A stretch of 64,000 nucleotides of DNA, from the IMG/VR virus record IMGVR_UViG_3300031994_000073; one strand, given 5' to 3'. The stretch is from an uncultured virus (IMG/VR IMGVR_UViG_3300031994_000073). Its lineage: Duplodnaviria; Heunggongvirae; Uroviricota; Caudoviricetes. The notes under the pieces are model-generated. The model saw only the letters and a program-made list of their open reading frames with translations, had not been told where the DNA came from and made no database searches. The position numbers and the translations under genes are program-made. Positions 1 to 7,944 of this stretch are shown one piece after another (within the stretch, counting starts at the first letter, position 1; each line of letters opens with the position of its first letter).

Positions 1-110
1 CGCTTGTGATGGCGCCAGTGGAGTTTACGTCAGTCCAGTAACAACGAATCCCGATTGGGTTCTTCGTAGAAGTCTTTCCTTTCTTGATGAAATCACAGAG
101 TATGCACATG

Positions 111-470
111 TTAAGCTCCTTTTTTTTTGCTGTAAGCGTGGGCTCTGTCAGCGCAGTCGTTGATCTGGTCTACGAGACAAGTGAACGTTTTGTCAAGGAG
201 GCGACGGTTACGGCAAGCGTCGTCGTGAGCGACTGGACAGTTGTTCGGCATGCCGACAGTGATTCCGTACTGGCCGTTGAGATAGAAAGGCTTGAGGTAG
301 TAGCTAAGCCAGTAGGTTCGCTTTGCGACGTCAACCGTGAAGAGCAGCACGTTCAAGTTGCGGATGTTGAGATAATACTCCCAAGTAGCATACAGTCCAA
401 CGCGTTTTTGGATAAGCGGGTGAGCCTGAGCCCAGCCAAGCATTTCAGAAAGATCAACTTTGTAAGCCAT
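111..470 (-). CDS. hypothetical early protein
   Basis: ORF track 111..638; start trimmed to ATG 470 (MAYKV), just after the stop of 472..783. Confidence 0.6.
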   Translation of the reverse strand: MAYKVDLSEMLGWAQAHPLIQKRVGLYATWEYYLNIRNLNVLLFTVDVAKRTYWLSYYLKPFYLNGQYGITVGMPNNCPVAHDDACRNRRLLDKTFTCLVDQINDCADRAHAYSKKKGA

Positions 471-471
471 G

Positions 472-783
472 TTAAATACCTCTGTAAGAATCTGCCCATT
501 CAAGCATTTCAGATTTGGAGAATAAGGCGGTTGGCGGAACGAAGCGAAGATCAGTGTTAAAGACTTCATCAACGTATTCAACAAAATCGTTCCACTGTTC
601 AGGTTCAATGATGCCAGTAAGATAGTCCAAAGTATCAAAGCCTTTGGGTTCTTTTTCCTCAGTCACCGTGACTTCAGCGTTCTTAACGAAGTCATTCACC
701 ACATCAAGCGCTTCCTGAACGTATTTCGGGTCGTGAAGCAATTCTTCAGAACGGTCAATTGCGAAAAGCAGTTTCTTAGCCAT
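472..783 (-). CDS. hypothetical early protein
   Basis: 103 aa ORF tightly packed in a minus-strand operon. Confidence 0.7.
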   Translation of the reverse strand: MAKKLLFAIDRSEELLHDPKYVQEALDVVNDFVKNAEVTVTEEKEPKGFDTLDYLTGIIEPEQWNDFVEYVDEVFNTDLRFVPPTALFSKSEMLEWADSYRGI

Positions 784-785
784 GA

Positions 786-1148
786 TTAAAATCCCTTGGT
801 GAAAAGTTCACCAAATGCAGTCTTGATGGATTCAACGAGCTTCGTCATTGCGTCAATTCGGTTGAGACCAGTGCAGTCAATATCGAGTCCGCCCATGTTG
901 TCGCTCCAGACGGAACCGTCGGTAGCAAAGCCGTACCAAATTTCTTTAACGAGCATGTGATGCTTGCGGGACTGGTCGGGGAGAATTATCAACTGCTTGG
1001 AGTAAATGCAGTTGCGGTTGCTCTGCACCGAATTATTGAAATCCAAGAACAGTTTATCAGAGTCAATGAAACGCTTAAACTTGCAATCTTTATCGGCAGC
1101 GCCGAGGTTGACAGAAAGGGCAGAGAGGTATTCTTTAATAGTCTTCAT
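786..1148 (-). CDS. hypothetical early protein
   Basis: 120 aa ORF, AAGGAG RBS, directly downstream of the promoter at 1197-1233. Confidence 0.75.
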   Translation of the reverse strand: MKTIKEYLSALSVNLGAADKDCKFKRFIDSDKLFLDFNNSVQSNRNCIYSKQLIILPDQSRKHHMLVKEIWYGFATDGSVWSDNMGGLDIDCTGLNRIDAMTKLVESIKTAFGELFTKGF

Positions 1149-1196
1149 AGCAGCGTCTCCTTAAAAGCGAATTGTTACTGTTACCATCAATTTCCA

Positions 1197-1233
1197 ACGT
1201 AGATAATATAACAATTTCCGCGGCAGCTGTCAA
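1197..1233 (-). promoter_or_regulatory. sigma70-like early promoter
   Basis: Minus strand TTGACA-17 bp-TATATT with TG extension, followed by ATCTACGT; one of 13 copies. Confidence 0.85.
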
Positions 1234-1292
1234 CTAAAAATGCATATTTTCCTCATTTTTTCTGTAAAACAAAGTTTACAGAAGCAAACTGC

Positions 1293-1724
1293 TTAAATTT
1301 CATAAATTTGGGCACTCTGCCTGATTTCCTTGATTTTTCTCCTTTTTTGCAGTATTTCGTATCTTTTGTTGAATAACTGAATACCTGAACAAGTCAAGTT
1401 GATGGCTTTCTCGATTTCAAACAGTGGCAAATCCGTTTCAAACTTATTTTCTTTGATCTTATGCAATATCATCCAGCCGTCTTTTACGTGCCTTTTAAAG
1501 TTCACGTCATGAATAAGATTCTGCCAGACTTCGTACGATTCTGGATCTCCTGATACCTCGTTAAGCTCCATCTCGTCAACTGAACGAAGAACAGAGTTGC
1601 GCTTCTCGAACAGTCTGCTGCAAAGCAGAAAGAGCTTGCTGAGAAGATTAAACTTCTGAATCGGCATTAACCCGATTTCTGCTTTTATAGACGGAGATTC
1701 ACGGATAAATTGCTCTACGTTCAT
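1293..1724 (-). CDS. hypothetical protein (C-terminal KIKEIRQSAQIY motif)
   Basis: 143 aa ORF. Confidence 0.7.
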   Translation of the reverse strand: MNVEQFIRESPSIKAEIGLMPIQKFNLLSKLFLLCSRLFEKRNSVLRSVDEMELNEVSGDPESYEVWQNLIHDVNFKRHVKDGWMILHKIKENKFETDLPLFEIEKAINLTCSGIQLFNKRYEILQKRRKIKEIRQSAQIYEI

Positions 1725-1742
1725 TACTTCTGTAAAAATTCT

Positions 1743-1982
1743 TTAGCAGTGGAAGTCAAACCAGGCTTTAAGCTGGGCGTAAGAGTTGTACTCGATAGTG
1801 TTACTCGAGTCGCCGTTCCAGCGATGAACGCTGAAGACAAGAGCATATTCAGCGCCATTCTTGCGCTTCTGCGGATACTGGATAAATTCAACGATTTCGC
1901 AAGACTTTGCGTTCTTGAGGTTGTACTTCTGAATAGCGAGAGCGATAAACTGCATTTTGTCATTCGTGTGTTCCATTTTCAA
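1743..1982 (-). CDS. hypothetical protein
   Basis: 79 aa ORF with AAGGAG RBS. Confidence 0.65.
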   Translation of the reverse strand: MKMEHTNDKMQFIALAIQKYNLKNAKSCEIVEFIQYPQKRKNGAEYALVFSVHRWNGDSSNTIEYNSYAQLKAWFDFHC

Positions 1983-2008
1983 ATTCTCCTTAAGTTAAGC
2001 GTTGATAT

Positions 2009-2197
2009 TTAGCAGATGTGACGAGCGGTGCAGACGTTGTATGCTGCAATTTCAGAAGAGATTCCGTTTGCGAAGTCGCGGCGAACCTGATCTTCAGCAG
2101 CGTCAACTTCTTTGGCAGCGTCATCGAGATTGCAGGAAGTATGATCGGCGATCCATTCAACGACTTCAGAATAGAAAGATTTAAAATCCATTTTCAA
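2009..2197 (-). CDS. hypothetical protein
   Basis: 62 aa ORF with AAGGAG RBS. Confidence 0.65.
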   Translation of the reverse strand: MKMDFKSFYSEVVEWIADHTSCNLDDAAKEVDAAEDQVRRDFANGISSEIAAYNVCTARHIC

Positions 2198-2238
2198 TCT
2201 CCTTAAACAGACGGGCAGAAGTCACCAAAGTCACCAGC

Positions 2239-2493
2239 CTAAAAAAGCTTGAACTTAGCATCAAAGGCAGCGTCAATTTCCTTGGTAGTGACAATACCGT
2301 TCTTTTTGATTTCTTCCATGAATTCCGGAGTATTCATCTTTGCGAATACTGCGTCAAAGGCTTTCAACCATTTCTTGTACTCGGGGCAAGCCTTGTCAAT
2401 CATGGCAGAATCCTTCATGATATAGTTCATCTTTGCGATGCGAAGCTTGATAGCGAGTTCAATAACAGTTTCACGGATTGTCTTCTGAGCCAT
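2239..2493 (-). CDS. hypothetical protein
   Basis: Start trimmed to ATG 2493 (MAQK) after GGAG RBS; promoter at 2521-2557. Confidence 0.7.
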   Translation of the reverse strand: MAQKTIRETVIELAIKLRIAKMNYIMKDSAMIDKACPEYKKWLKAFDAVFAKMNTPEFMEEIKKNGIVTTKEIDAAFDAKFKLF

Positions 2494-2520
2494 AGTAGAA
2501 TCTCCAAATTGATTTGTTTT

Positions 2521-2557
2521 ACGAGTAAAATATAACAACTATTTGGAAACCTGTCAA
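2521..2557 (-). promoter_or_regulatory. sigma70-like early promoter
   Basis: TTGACA-17-TATATT. Confidence 0.8.
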
Positions 2558-2849
2558 TGGGACAATAAGGAAAAAATTTGAAAATATTACACTTTTTCTT
2601 AAAATCCTCCACGTACTGATCGTTGTTGGCAATTATACAGCAATTTTTGCGTATCTTATTCTCAGACGAATAATTCAAAAATGTGTAATATTATGACGTT
2701 TTCCGGGTTAAATTAAGCACCAATTTTGGGCGCATTTTCGGATTTCTTCTTGTTTTTGCTTTTTTGCTTCCTCGGCGTAGTATGCCGCGACCGCTGCTAC
2801 TGCTTCAGGATCCATGCGGAGTTTAAAATCCACTTGCCGGTCAGTAATC

Positions 2850-3218
2850 TTAATGACTTGAGAAAGTTTGCTTGCGTTCATTGTTTTTCTTCACTAAGGA
2901 AAGTTCTCTGTGCAGCTGTGCTTGCCACTTATTCCAGCAATCTTCAAGAAGCCGACGCTTTTTGAGTACCACATCTCTGCGTCCAGCAAATGCATCTGGA
3001 AGGCCGTTCAATTCTGTCACGCAGTTCCATTGCGGAATGTAGCGCGGCTTTAACTGATAGTGGACAAACCATTCATCTGTTTCTTTTAGTCGCTCAAGGA
3101 ACGTAAAGTGTCTGCCGTTGATCTCGACAAAGTAGTCCTCAATGCCACTAACGGTCTGTCTTTTAAGCACTTCCTTATGGGACTGGATGAATGACTTGAT
3201 TTCTTCAGTTTTTAACAT
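2850..3218 (-). CDS. hypothetical protein
   Basis: Start trimmed to ATG 3218 (MLKTEE), abutting the stop of 3220..3663. Confidence 0.6.
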   Translation of the reverse strand: MLKTEEIKSFIQSHKEVLKRQTVSGIEDYFVEINGRHFTFLERLKETDEWFVHYQLKPRYIPQWNCVTELNGLPDAFAGRRDVVLKKRRLLEDCWNKWQAQLHRELSLVKKNNERKQTFSSH

Positions 3219-3219
3219 T

Positions 3220-3663
3220 TTACATTTCCTTAAGGATTTCAGCGCAAGCCTTGAGCTCTTTCTGAGCGTTTTCCTTGACAAGCGTTTCGTTATATTCTGC
3301 GATCTTCTTCAAAGCATCTGCGACGGAAACGTAGCCTTCATCGTCAGTCCAGCCTTTGTACTCGAAGATCATGCTTTCAGCAAGCTGGTCAATCATCGGC
3401 CATTCCGGAGTCTCTGCTTCATAGCCTGCAAGCGAACAGTCGGCCATCTTCGTGCCGAAGTCAATGTAGGGGCGCCAGTCAGCCTTCGGAAAGTGAGAGC
3501 ACTTCACGCAAGTAAAGCCGCTCATTCCCCAGCCAGCCGGACGGCCAAGAGAGTCGTGCTTGCGGACTTTTCCTTCATAACGTTTCAGCGTCATTGTCAC
3601 CTTTTCGGCGCCAAGATCAAATTCAACAACTCGGGTCTTGCTTTTAACTTCTTTGTAAGCCAT
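3220..3663 (-). CDS. hypothetical protein
   Basis: 147 aa ORF in operon. Confidence 0.75.
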   Translation of the reverse strand: MAYKEVKSKTRVVEFDLGAEKVTMTLKRYEGKVRKHDSLGRPAGWGMSGFTCVKCSHFPKADWRPYIDFGTKMADCSLAGYEAETPEWPMIDQLAESMIFEYKGWTDDEGYVSVADALKKIAEYNETLVKENAQKELKACAEILKEM

Positions 3664-3665
3664 GT

Positions 3666-3884
3666 TTAAGCCTCTTTATGCAGAGTGAAGATAAGGTTGT
3701 TGCTGTAGGAAATGAATACGATGTCGCCGACTTTGTATAGGCTTGTATTAGAACGAGTGATCTCAAACACAACCCCGTTCTCGTTGATGTCCTTGACGAT
3801 GCCAAACTTGGAGTATGTATCGCCCGGATAAATTTGAACTTCTTTGTTCAGATAAGTGTCAATCATATAGTTAGACTTAGCCAT
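3666..3884 (-). CDS. small hypothetical protein, possibly Sm/SH3-like beta-barrel
   Basis: 72 aa; YLNKEVQIY...GIVKDINENGVVFEI pattern resembles Sm-like folds (inference). Confidence 0.55.
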   Translation of the reverse strand: MAKSNYMIDTYLNKEVQIYPGDTYSKFGIVKDINENGVVFEITRSNTSLYKVGDIVFISYSNNLIFTLHKEA

Positions 3885-3922
3885 GATTCAAACTCTTGTT
3901 AAACTGTTACCATCAATTTCCA

Positions 3923-3959
3923 ACGTAGATAATATAACAACTTTCTTGGAGTCCGTCAA
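3923..3959 (-). promoter_or_regulatory. sigma70-like early promoter
   Basis: TTGACG-17-TATATT; flanks nearly identical to those of 1197-1233. Confidence 0.85.
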
Positions 3960-4082
3960 CTAAAAAATCATAAAAATATGAAAAATTATGTAAAACAAAG
4001 TTTACATACGAAAAACGCCCAAATTTCATCAATTTGGGCATATTGTCATTTTATGACAAAAATAGGTAAAATTTGATCTGAG

Positions 4083-4105
4083 CGGAGAGTGCAGGACTCG
4101 AACCT
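4083..4105 (-). pseudogene. 3' remnant of a tRNA (Ser-like T arm and acceptor strand)
   Basis: AGGTTCGAGTCCTGC-ACTCTCC-G abutting the stop codon of endonuclease 4106..4735; no matching 5' half found. Confidence 0.75.
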
Positions 4106-4735
4106 TTATTCTCCGATGAAATTACTAGCTATAGAAATCCATCTTTTTGGCTCTGCATACATTTCTTTCCATTTTATTCTTAAAACTTGCCAACCATTTT
4201 CAATAAGTTTTGAATCTTTCCTGAGATCTGATTCAGCTTGTTGTTCATTTCGTTGATGTTGAGCACCGTCAATTTCTATGCAACGTTTCTTTTTAACCCA
4301 AGCAAAATCTAATCTATATTGAAAGAACTGATAATTGTATTCATAATCTTTATCATTAAACTCATTTTCTATTACTTTTGTGAAGAATTCTTCCGGATAG
4401 CTTTTCTTGCTCGAATGGCAGTTCATCCATCCATGCCATCTGCCTGATCTATATCCTTCTAAAGCGCGTTCACGTAAAATTTGTTTTTGTTCAGCAGAAA
4501 CTGAGTGACCATTATAAGGTGCAGGATTAGGATTTTTCTTACATCTGCGTTCATGTAAACGCATACCGCACAATGTAGTAATTACCGTATGTCCACAAAA
4601 TTTACATGTTAATGAACGTTTTGGCTGTTGTCCACATTTAATTTTATGAACTTCATGTAAATGTTTATATTTTAGTCCTTTAGAATCAAAAACATCAGTA
4701 CAATAAGGACACGGCCATTTAAAATGTATTTTCAT
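4106..4735 (-). CDS. DUF559/Vsr-like putative homing endonuclease with N-terminal Zn fingers
   Basis: CPYC..HLHEVH and CKFC..HERRC; RLDFAW..IEIDGAQH..DLRKDSKLIENGWQVLRI; AAGGAG RBS; TATAAATA upstream. Confidence 0.85.
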   Translation of the reverse strand: MKIHFKWPCPYCTDVFDSKGLKYKHLHEVHKIKCGQQPKRSLTCKFCGHTVITTLCGMRLHERRCKKNPNPAPYNGHSVSAEQKQILRERALEGYRSGRWHGWMNCHSSKKSYPEEFFTKVIENEFNDKDYEYNYQFFQYRLDFAWVKKKRCIEIDGAQHQRNEQQAESDLRKDSKLIENGWQVLRIKWKEMYAEPKRWISIASNFIGE

Positions 4736-4779
4736 CTTTTCTCCTTTTTAGCTTTTTATGGTTATTCCCGTAACCATTT

Positions 4780-4787
4780 TATTTATA
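4780..4787 (-). promoter_or_regulatory. T4-type late promoter TATAAATA
   Basis: Exact match to the T4 gp55 consensus, upstream of the endonuclease. Confidence 0.7.
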
Positions 4788-4842
4788 CAGTTAGATGCTT
4801 TGGAGAAAGCATCAGCTGGCGGGAACCAGTTGTCCTGTATTA

Positions 4843-4927
4843 CTGCGGGTGCAGGATTCGAACCCGCGGCCCATTACTGAGCGGTTCGTTAGCACCGAAC
4901 TGGTTTAGACCACTCACCCAACCCGCA
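4843..4927 (-). tRNA. tRNA-Ser(GCT), divergent
   Basis: TGCGGGT/ACCCGCA acceptor, G73, loop GT-GCT-AA, long variable arm. Confidence 0.85.
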
Positions 4928-4933
4928 AAAAGC

Positions 4934-5035
4934 AAGATACCATTTTGTTTCACCTCCGGCATGTGCTGCCGGCGCTCTATACTTAAGCTATTGTTCCCAA
5001 GGCGGAATAAGAAATATTCTTGCTGTTAGTATCTT
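4934..5035 (-). ncRNA. AAGAT-CAGCA family element 1
   Basis: AAGATAC-TAACAGCAA...GTATCTT terminal stem; internal D-arm-like TAGCTTAAGTATAGAGC. Confidence 0.55.
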
Positions 5036-5040
5036 TAAAG

Positions 5041-5124
5041 TAGCCAAGGAAGGACTTGAACCTTCACGCCCTTGCGGGCAGGGGTGTTTGAGACCCCGGC
5101 GTCTACCAATTCCGCCACTTGGCC
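5041..5124 (-). tRNA. tRNA-Leu(CAA)
   Basis: Cloverleaf, loop CT-CAA-AC, variable arm. Confidence 0.92.
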
Positions 5125-5348
5125 AAAAATAAAAATAATTCATTACAAGTTAGCACAGATTGTTTCATGCTATGTTCCTCTGTGTCCCGGGTGACTTTCC
5201 GGCCCTTCTTACATAGGATTGCGTATCGTTATATCACCTCACTCAAGTATCGCCGCTTTAAATGCGCATTAGCAAGCTAACGACTCAAATAAGAACTTCA
5301 ATTCCTGGCAGGCCAATATGTCCAGTGAAGTAACGAATTATTTTGTAG

Positions 5349-5420
5349 CAGGGACACCTGGACTCGAACCAAGATCCACGGTTTTGGAGACCGCCATTCT
5401 GGCCATTGAACTATATCCCT
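5349..5420 (-). tRNA. tRNA-Trp(CCA)
   Basis: Cloverleaf, loop CT-CCA-AA. Confidence 0.92.
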
Positions 5421-5431
5421 AGATAAATTAG

Positions 5432-5502
5432 TTGCCCGTGATGGACTTGAACCACCAATTCATGAGTCAGAGTCATGCGTGTTACCATTACACCAACGGG
5501 CA
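5432..5502 (-). tRNA. tRNA-Gln(CTG)
   Basis: Cloverleaf, loop CT-CTG-AC. Confidence 0.92.
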
Positions 5503-5508
5503 ATAAAC

Positions 5509-5734
5509 AAGATACTGTCGCGGTTGAGTCGCCGCTGTGCTCTCACCATATCTCTCCTGGTAGGCAACAGCTTGCTGCAAGTTCATTCAGTTTCTACTGA
5601 CATATTCCGTCACTTGTACGAACAGGCCGTGGGAGCAGGCAACGATATTACTACCGCCGGCAATTACCCTACCCTAATTCCACATTTTGATTGTGTCATC
5701 GTTAGTAAGCGTTTTATTTTGCTGTAAGTATCTT
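5509..5734 (-). ncRNA. AAGAT-CAGCA family element 2
   Basis: AAGATAC-TTACAGCAA...GTATCTT terminal stem. Confidence 0.55.
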
Positions 5735-5737
5735 ATA

Positions 5738-5814
5738 GTCCCATAGCCGAGATTTGAACCCGGACCTCATGCGCCACAAGCATGCGTGCTTTACCAATTA
5801 ACACCACTGCGGGG
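5738..5814 (-). tRNA. tRNA-His(GTG)
   Basis: Loop TT-GTG-GC, T arm TTCAAAT; imperfect acceptor stem, ends approximate. Confidence 0.8.
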
Positions 5815-5822
5815 ATGTATAG

Positions 5823-5892
5823 TTGCGAAGGTGGGTACCGCCCCCACGGAGGCCGGCTTATGAGACCGGCTGGAATACTTATTCTCCTCGCA
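5823..5892 (-). tRNA. atypical tRNA-Met(CAT)
   Basis: TGCGAGG/CTTCGCA acceptor, loop CT-CAT-AA, minimal D loop, T loop GGCGGTA. Confidence 0.75.
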
Positions 5893-5902
5893 ATAAAAAT
5901 TC

Positions 5903-6008
5903 AAGATGCTCCATTGGACTGACGGCCGGTCTCGAACCAGCATCTCGGGAAATCCCGTGCTCTAGCCTATTGAGCTACTCCAGCGTTCAGATCTGCTGTT
6001 TGCATCTT
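5903..6008 (-). ncRNA. AAGAT-CAGCA family element 3 with tRNA-like core
   Basis: AAGATGC-AAACAGCA...GCATCTT; internal D arm GCTC/GAGC, short stem CGGGA/TCCCG without a 7-nt loop, T arm GCTGG-TTCGAGA-CCGGC. Confidence 0.6.
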
Positions 6009-6011
6009 TAG

Positions 6012-6083
6012 AGCCCTATCCCGGACTCGAACCGGGGACACCTGCTTGGAAGGCAGAAATGTTAACCACTACACCAATAGGGC
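6012..6083 (-). tRNA. tRNA-Gly(TCC)
   Basis: Cloverleaf, loop CT-TCC-AA, U73. Confidence 0.92.
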
Positions 6084-6092
6084 AAATGTTAG

Positions 6093-6165
6093 AGCCCCAT
6101 GTCGGACTCGAACCGACAACTTTCTCCATGGCAAGGAGATATGCTACCAATTGCATCAATGGGAC
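6093..6165 (-). tRNA. tRNA-Gly(GCC)
   Basis: Cloverleaf, loop TT-GCC-AT, U73. Confidence 0.92.
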
Positions 6166-6169
6166 TTAG

Positions 6170-6260
6170 AGGAGATGGAGGGATTCGAACCCCCGTGCGG
6201 AATGGTTACCGCCCATGGTTTTCAAGACCAGTCCGATAAGCCGTGCTCTGGCACATCTCC
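6170..6260 (-). tRNA. tRNA-Ser(TGA)
   Basis: Cloverleaf, loop CT-TGA-AA, long variable arm. Confidence 0.9.
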
Positions 6261-6273
6261 AAAAAAATTCTAG

Positions 6274-6357
6274 AGCTGAGAGAGGGACTCGAACCCACGA
6301 AGTGTTTCCACCACAGTTTTGCAGACTGTGTCCTTTGCCGCTCGGATTCACCTCAGC
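6274..6357 (-). tRNA. tRNA-Cys(GCA) with long variable arm
   Basis: Loop CT-GCA-AA, U73, variable hairpin GTG-GAAA-CAC. Confidence 0.85.
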
Positions 6358-6489
6358 ATAGTTTATTTATTCTGGCTGTGAGATCCCTAAACTTCAACTT
6401 ATTCTCACCGTTCTCCTGAGAAGGAGTTTTTGGTTTACGCTGGACTTCCACCAGATTTAGCCGGAGTTAATCGGCTCACCAGAATTTCG

Positions 6490-6562
6490 TGCTCTCGGCA
6501 GGACTCGAACCTGCATTATCGGATTCGTAGTCCGATGGTCTATCCAGTTAGCCTACGAGAGC
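6490..6562 (-). tRNA. tRNA-Arg(ACG)
   Basis: Cloverleaf, loop CT-ACG-AA. Confidence 0.92.
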
Positions 6563-6568
6563 AAATAG

Positions 6569-6651
6569 TCGCTCAGGAGGGACTCGAACCCCTCACGCCT
6601 TTCGGCACGGGCTTCTTAGACCCGCGTGTCTACCAATTCCACCACCGAGCG
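6569..6651 (-). tRNA. tRNA-Leu(AAG)
   Basis: Leu-type body, loop CT-AAG-AA, A73. Confidence 0.88.
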
Positions 6652-6662
6652 AAATGTTTTAG

Positions 6663-6746
6663 TGACCTAAGAGGGACTCGAACCCCCACGCCCTTGCGGG
6701 CATCTGATCCTAAGTCAGGCGGGTCTACCAATTCCCCCACTAGGCC
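6663..6746 (-). tRNA. tRNA-Leu(TAG)
   Basis: Loop CT-TAG-GA, variable arm. Confidence 0.9.
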
Positions 6747-6753
6747 AAATTAG

Positions 6754-6826
6754 TGCCTCCCTCCCGTAACGATCGGGAATCCTCGGATTTTCAGTCCGTT
6801 GCATAGACCATCTTTGCTAGAGAGGC
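6754..6826 (-). tRNA. tRNA-Phe(GAA)
   Basis: Loop CT-GAA-AA; T loop ATCGTTA. Confidence 0.88.
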
Positions 6827-6832
6827 AAAAGC

Positions 6833-6892
6833 AAGATACATTTGGATTCAAGATTAAAAATTGAATTGGGTTAAAGTTGCTGCATGTATCTT
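6833..6892 (-). ncRNA. AAGAT-CAGCA family element 4 (minimal)
   Basis: AAGATAC-ATGCAGCAA...GTATCTT. Confidence 0.55.
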
Positions 6893-6895
6893 TAG

Positions 6896-6969
6896 TCCGC
6901 AGGGTAGGATTTGAACCTACAACCTCCAGTATATCAGACTGACAAACGAACCAATCGTTATGCCTGCGG
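6896..6969 (-). tRNA. tRNA-Ile(GAT), divergent copy
   Basis: CCGCAGG/CCTGCGG acceptor, loop CT-GAT-AT. Confidence 0.8.
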
Positions 6970-6978
6970 AAAATTTAG

Positions 6979-7052
6979 TCCGCAACCCTGGACTCGAACC
7001 AGGAACCTCCACCTTATCAGAGTGGCTATCTAACCAATTGCTATAGCTGCGG
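6979..7052 (-). tRNA. tRNA-Ile(GAT)
   Basis: CCGCAGC/GTTGCGG acceptor, loop CT-GAT-AA. Confidence 0.88.
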
Positions 7053-7256
7053 AAAAAGAGCGAAGACCCCTTAAGTCCAGTTAAAAACAGTTATATCGCT
7101 GTCACTGTTACCATCTTTTCAACGGCGGCCAACCAAGGGAAGATGTTACCAACCTCGTTTCTTTTCATCAAGAAGCGTAGAATGGAGAAGTCGTATTTAA
7201 CGTGGTCCTCTCGCGACGGCACGCTCCCAGTAAGCCAAGGACTCTCACTGGATTAG

Positions 7257-7331
7257 TTCCCGAGGAGGGATTCGAACCCCCGACCTTCTGTGTGTAAAAC
7301 AGCGGCTCTAAACCAACTGAGCTACCCGGGA
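7257..7331 (-). tRNA. tRNA-Val(TAC)
   Basis: Cloverleaf, loop TT-TAC-AC. Confidence 0.92.
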
Positions 7332-7394
7332 ATAAGCACTGCTGATATACTCAAGTTCGTTTGTTTCAGTTCTCTGTTGCATATCAGTATTTCG

Positions 7395-7467
7395 TGGACG
7401 GGAAGGGACTCGAACCCTTAACCTTCTGCTTGCAAAGCAGTTGCGCTACCAGTTGCGCCACGAGCCC
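7395..7467 (-). tRNA. tRNA-Ala(TGC)
   Basis: G3:U70, loop TT-TGC-AA. Confidence 0.9.
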
Positions 7468-7617
7468 ATAAAAGGTGAAGAACGGGCGTAGATAAGTCAT
7501 GAACTCATCCAAACTTCACTGATGTATGAAATCTAACTTATACAAGCATTGGACGTTAGAATCTCCATCTTCTCTGTGCAGAAAATGCTAAACACTCACA
7601 GAGTTCCGTTTTTGAAG

Positions 7618-7688
7618 CGGTCTCAACGGGTCACGATCCCGTACCTCCGGCGTGACAAGCCGGTATCCATCCATTAAACGATGAGACC
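7618..7688 (-). tRNA. tRNA-Asp(GTC)
   Basis: Loop TT-GTC-AC, G73; T loop ATCGTGA. Confidence 0.88.
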
Positions 7689-7698
7689 AAAATGTTAG

Positions 7699-7772
7699 TA
7701 GCGCTGTCGGGACTCGAACCCGAATTTCCGACTTGAAAGGCCGACGAACTGAACCAGTTATTCGACAGCGCC
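7699..7772 (-). tRNA. tRNA-Glu(TTC)
   Basis: Loop CT-TTC-AA. Confidence 0.9.
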
Positions 7773-7776
7773 ATAG

Positions 7777-7848
7777 TAGCGGGGGTCGGGATCGAACCGA
7801 CGACTTCCAGGTTATGGGCCTGGCGAGCTACCACTGCTCTACCCCGCA
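7777..7848 (-). tRNA. tRNA-fMet(CAT)
   Basis: Initiator-type body with 1:72 mismatch, loop CC-CAT-AA. Confidence 0.88.
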
Positions 7849-7862
7849 ATAAAAAGCGTTAG

Positions 7863-7935
7863 CTGGGAAGGAGGGACTCGAACCCCCAACATAGTGGTTA
7901 ACAGCCACCCGTTCTGCCATTAGAACTACAACCCA
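7863..7935 (-). tRNA. tRNA-Asn(GTT)
   Basis: Loop CT-GTT-AA, G73. Confidence 0.9.
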
Positions 7936-7944
7936 ATGTAATAG

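Noticed and set aside
4785..4840. Hammerhead or HDV-like (theta) ribozyme downstream of tRNA-Ser
   Set aside because: CTGATG is not followed by A and there is no matching GAAA. I could not build the HDV P1 and P1.1 pairings.
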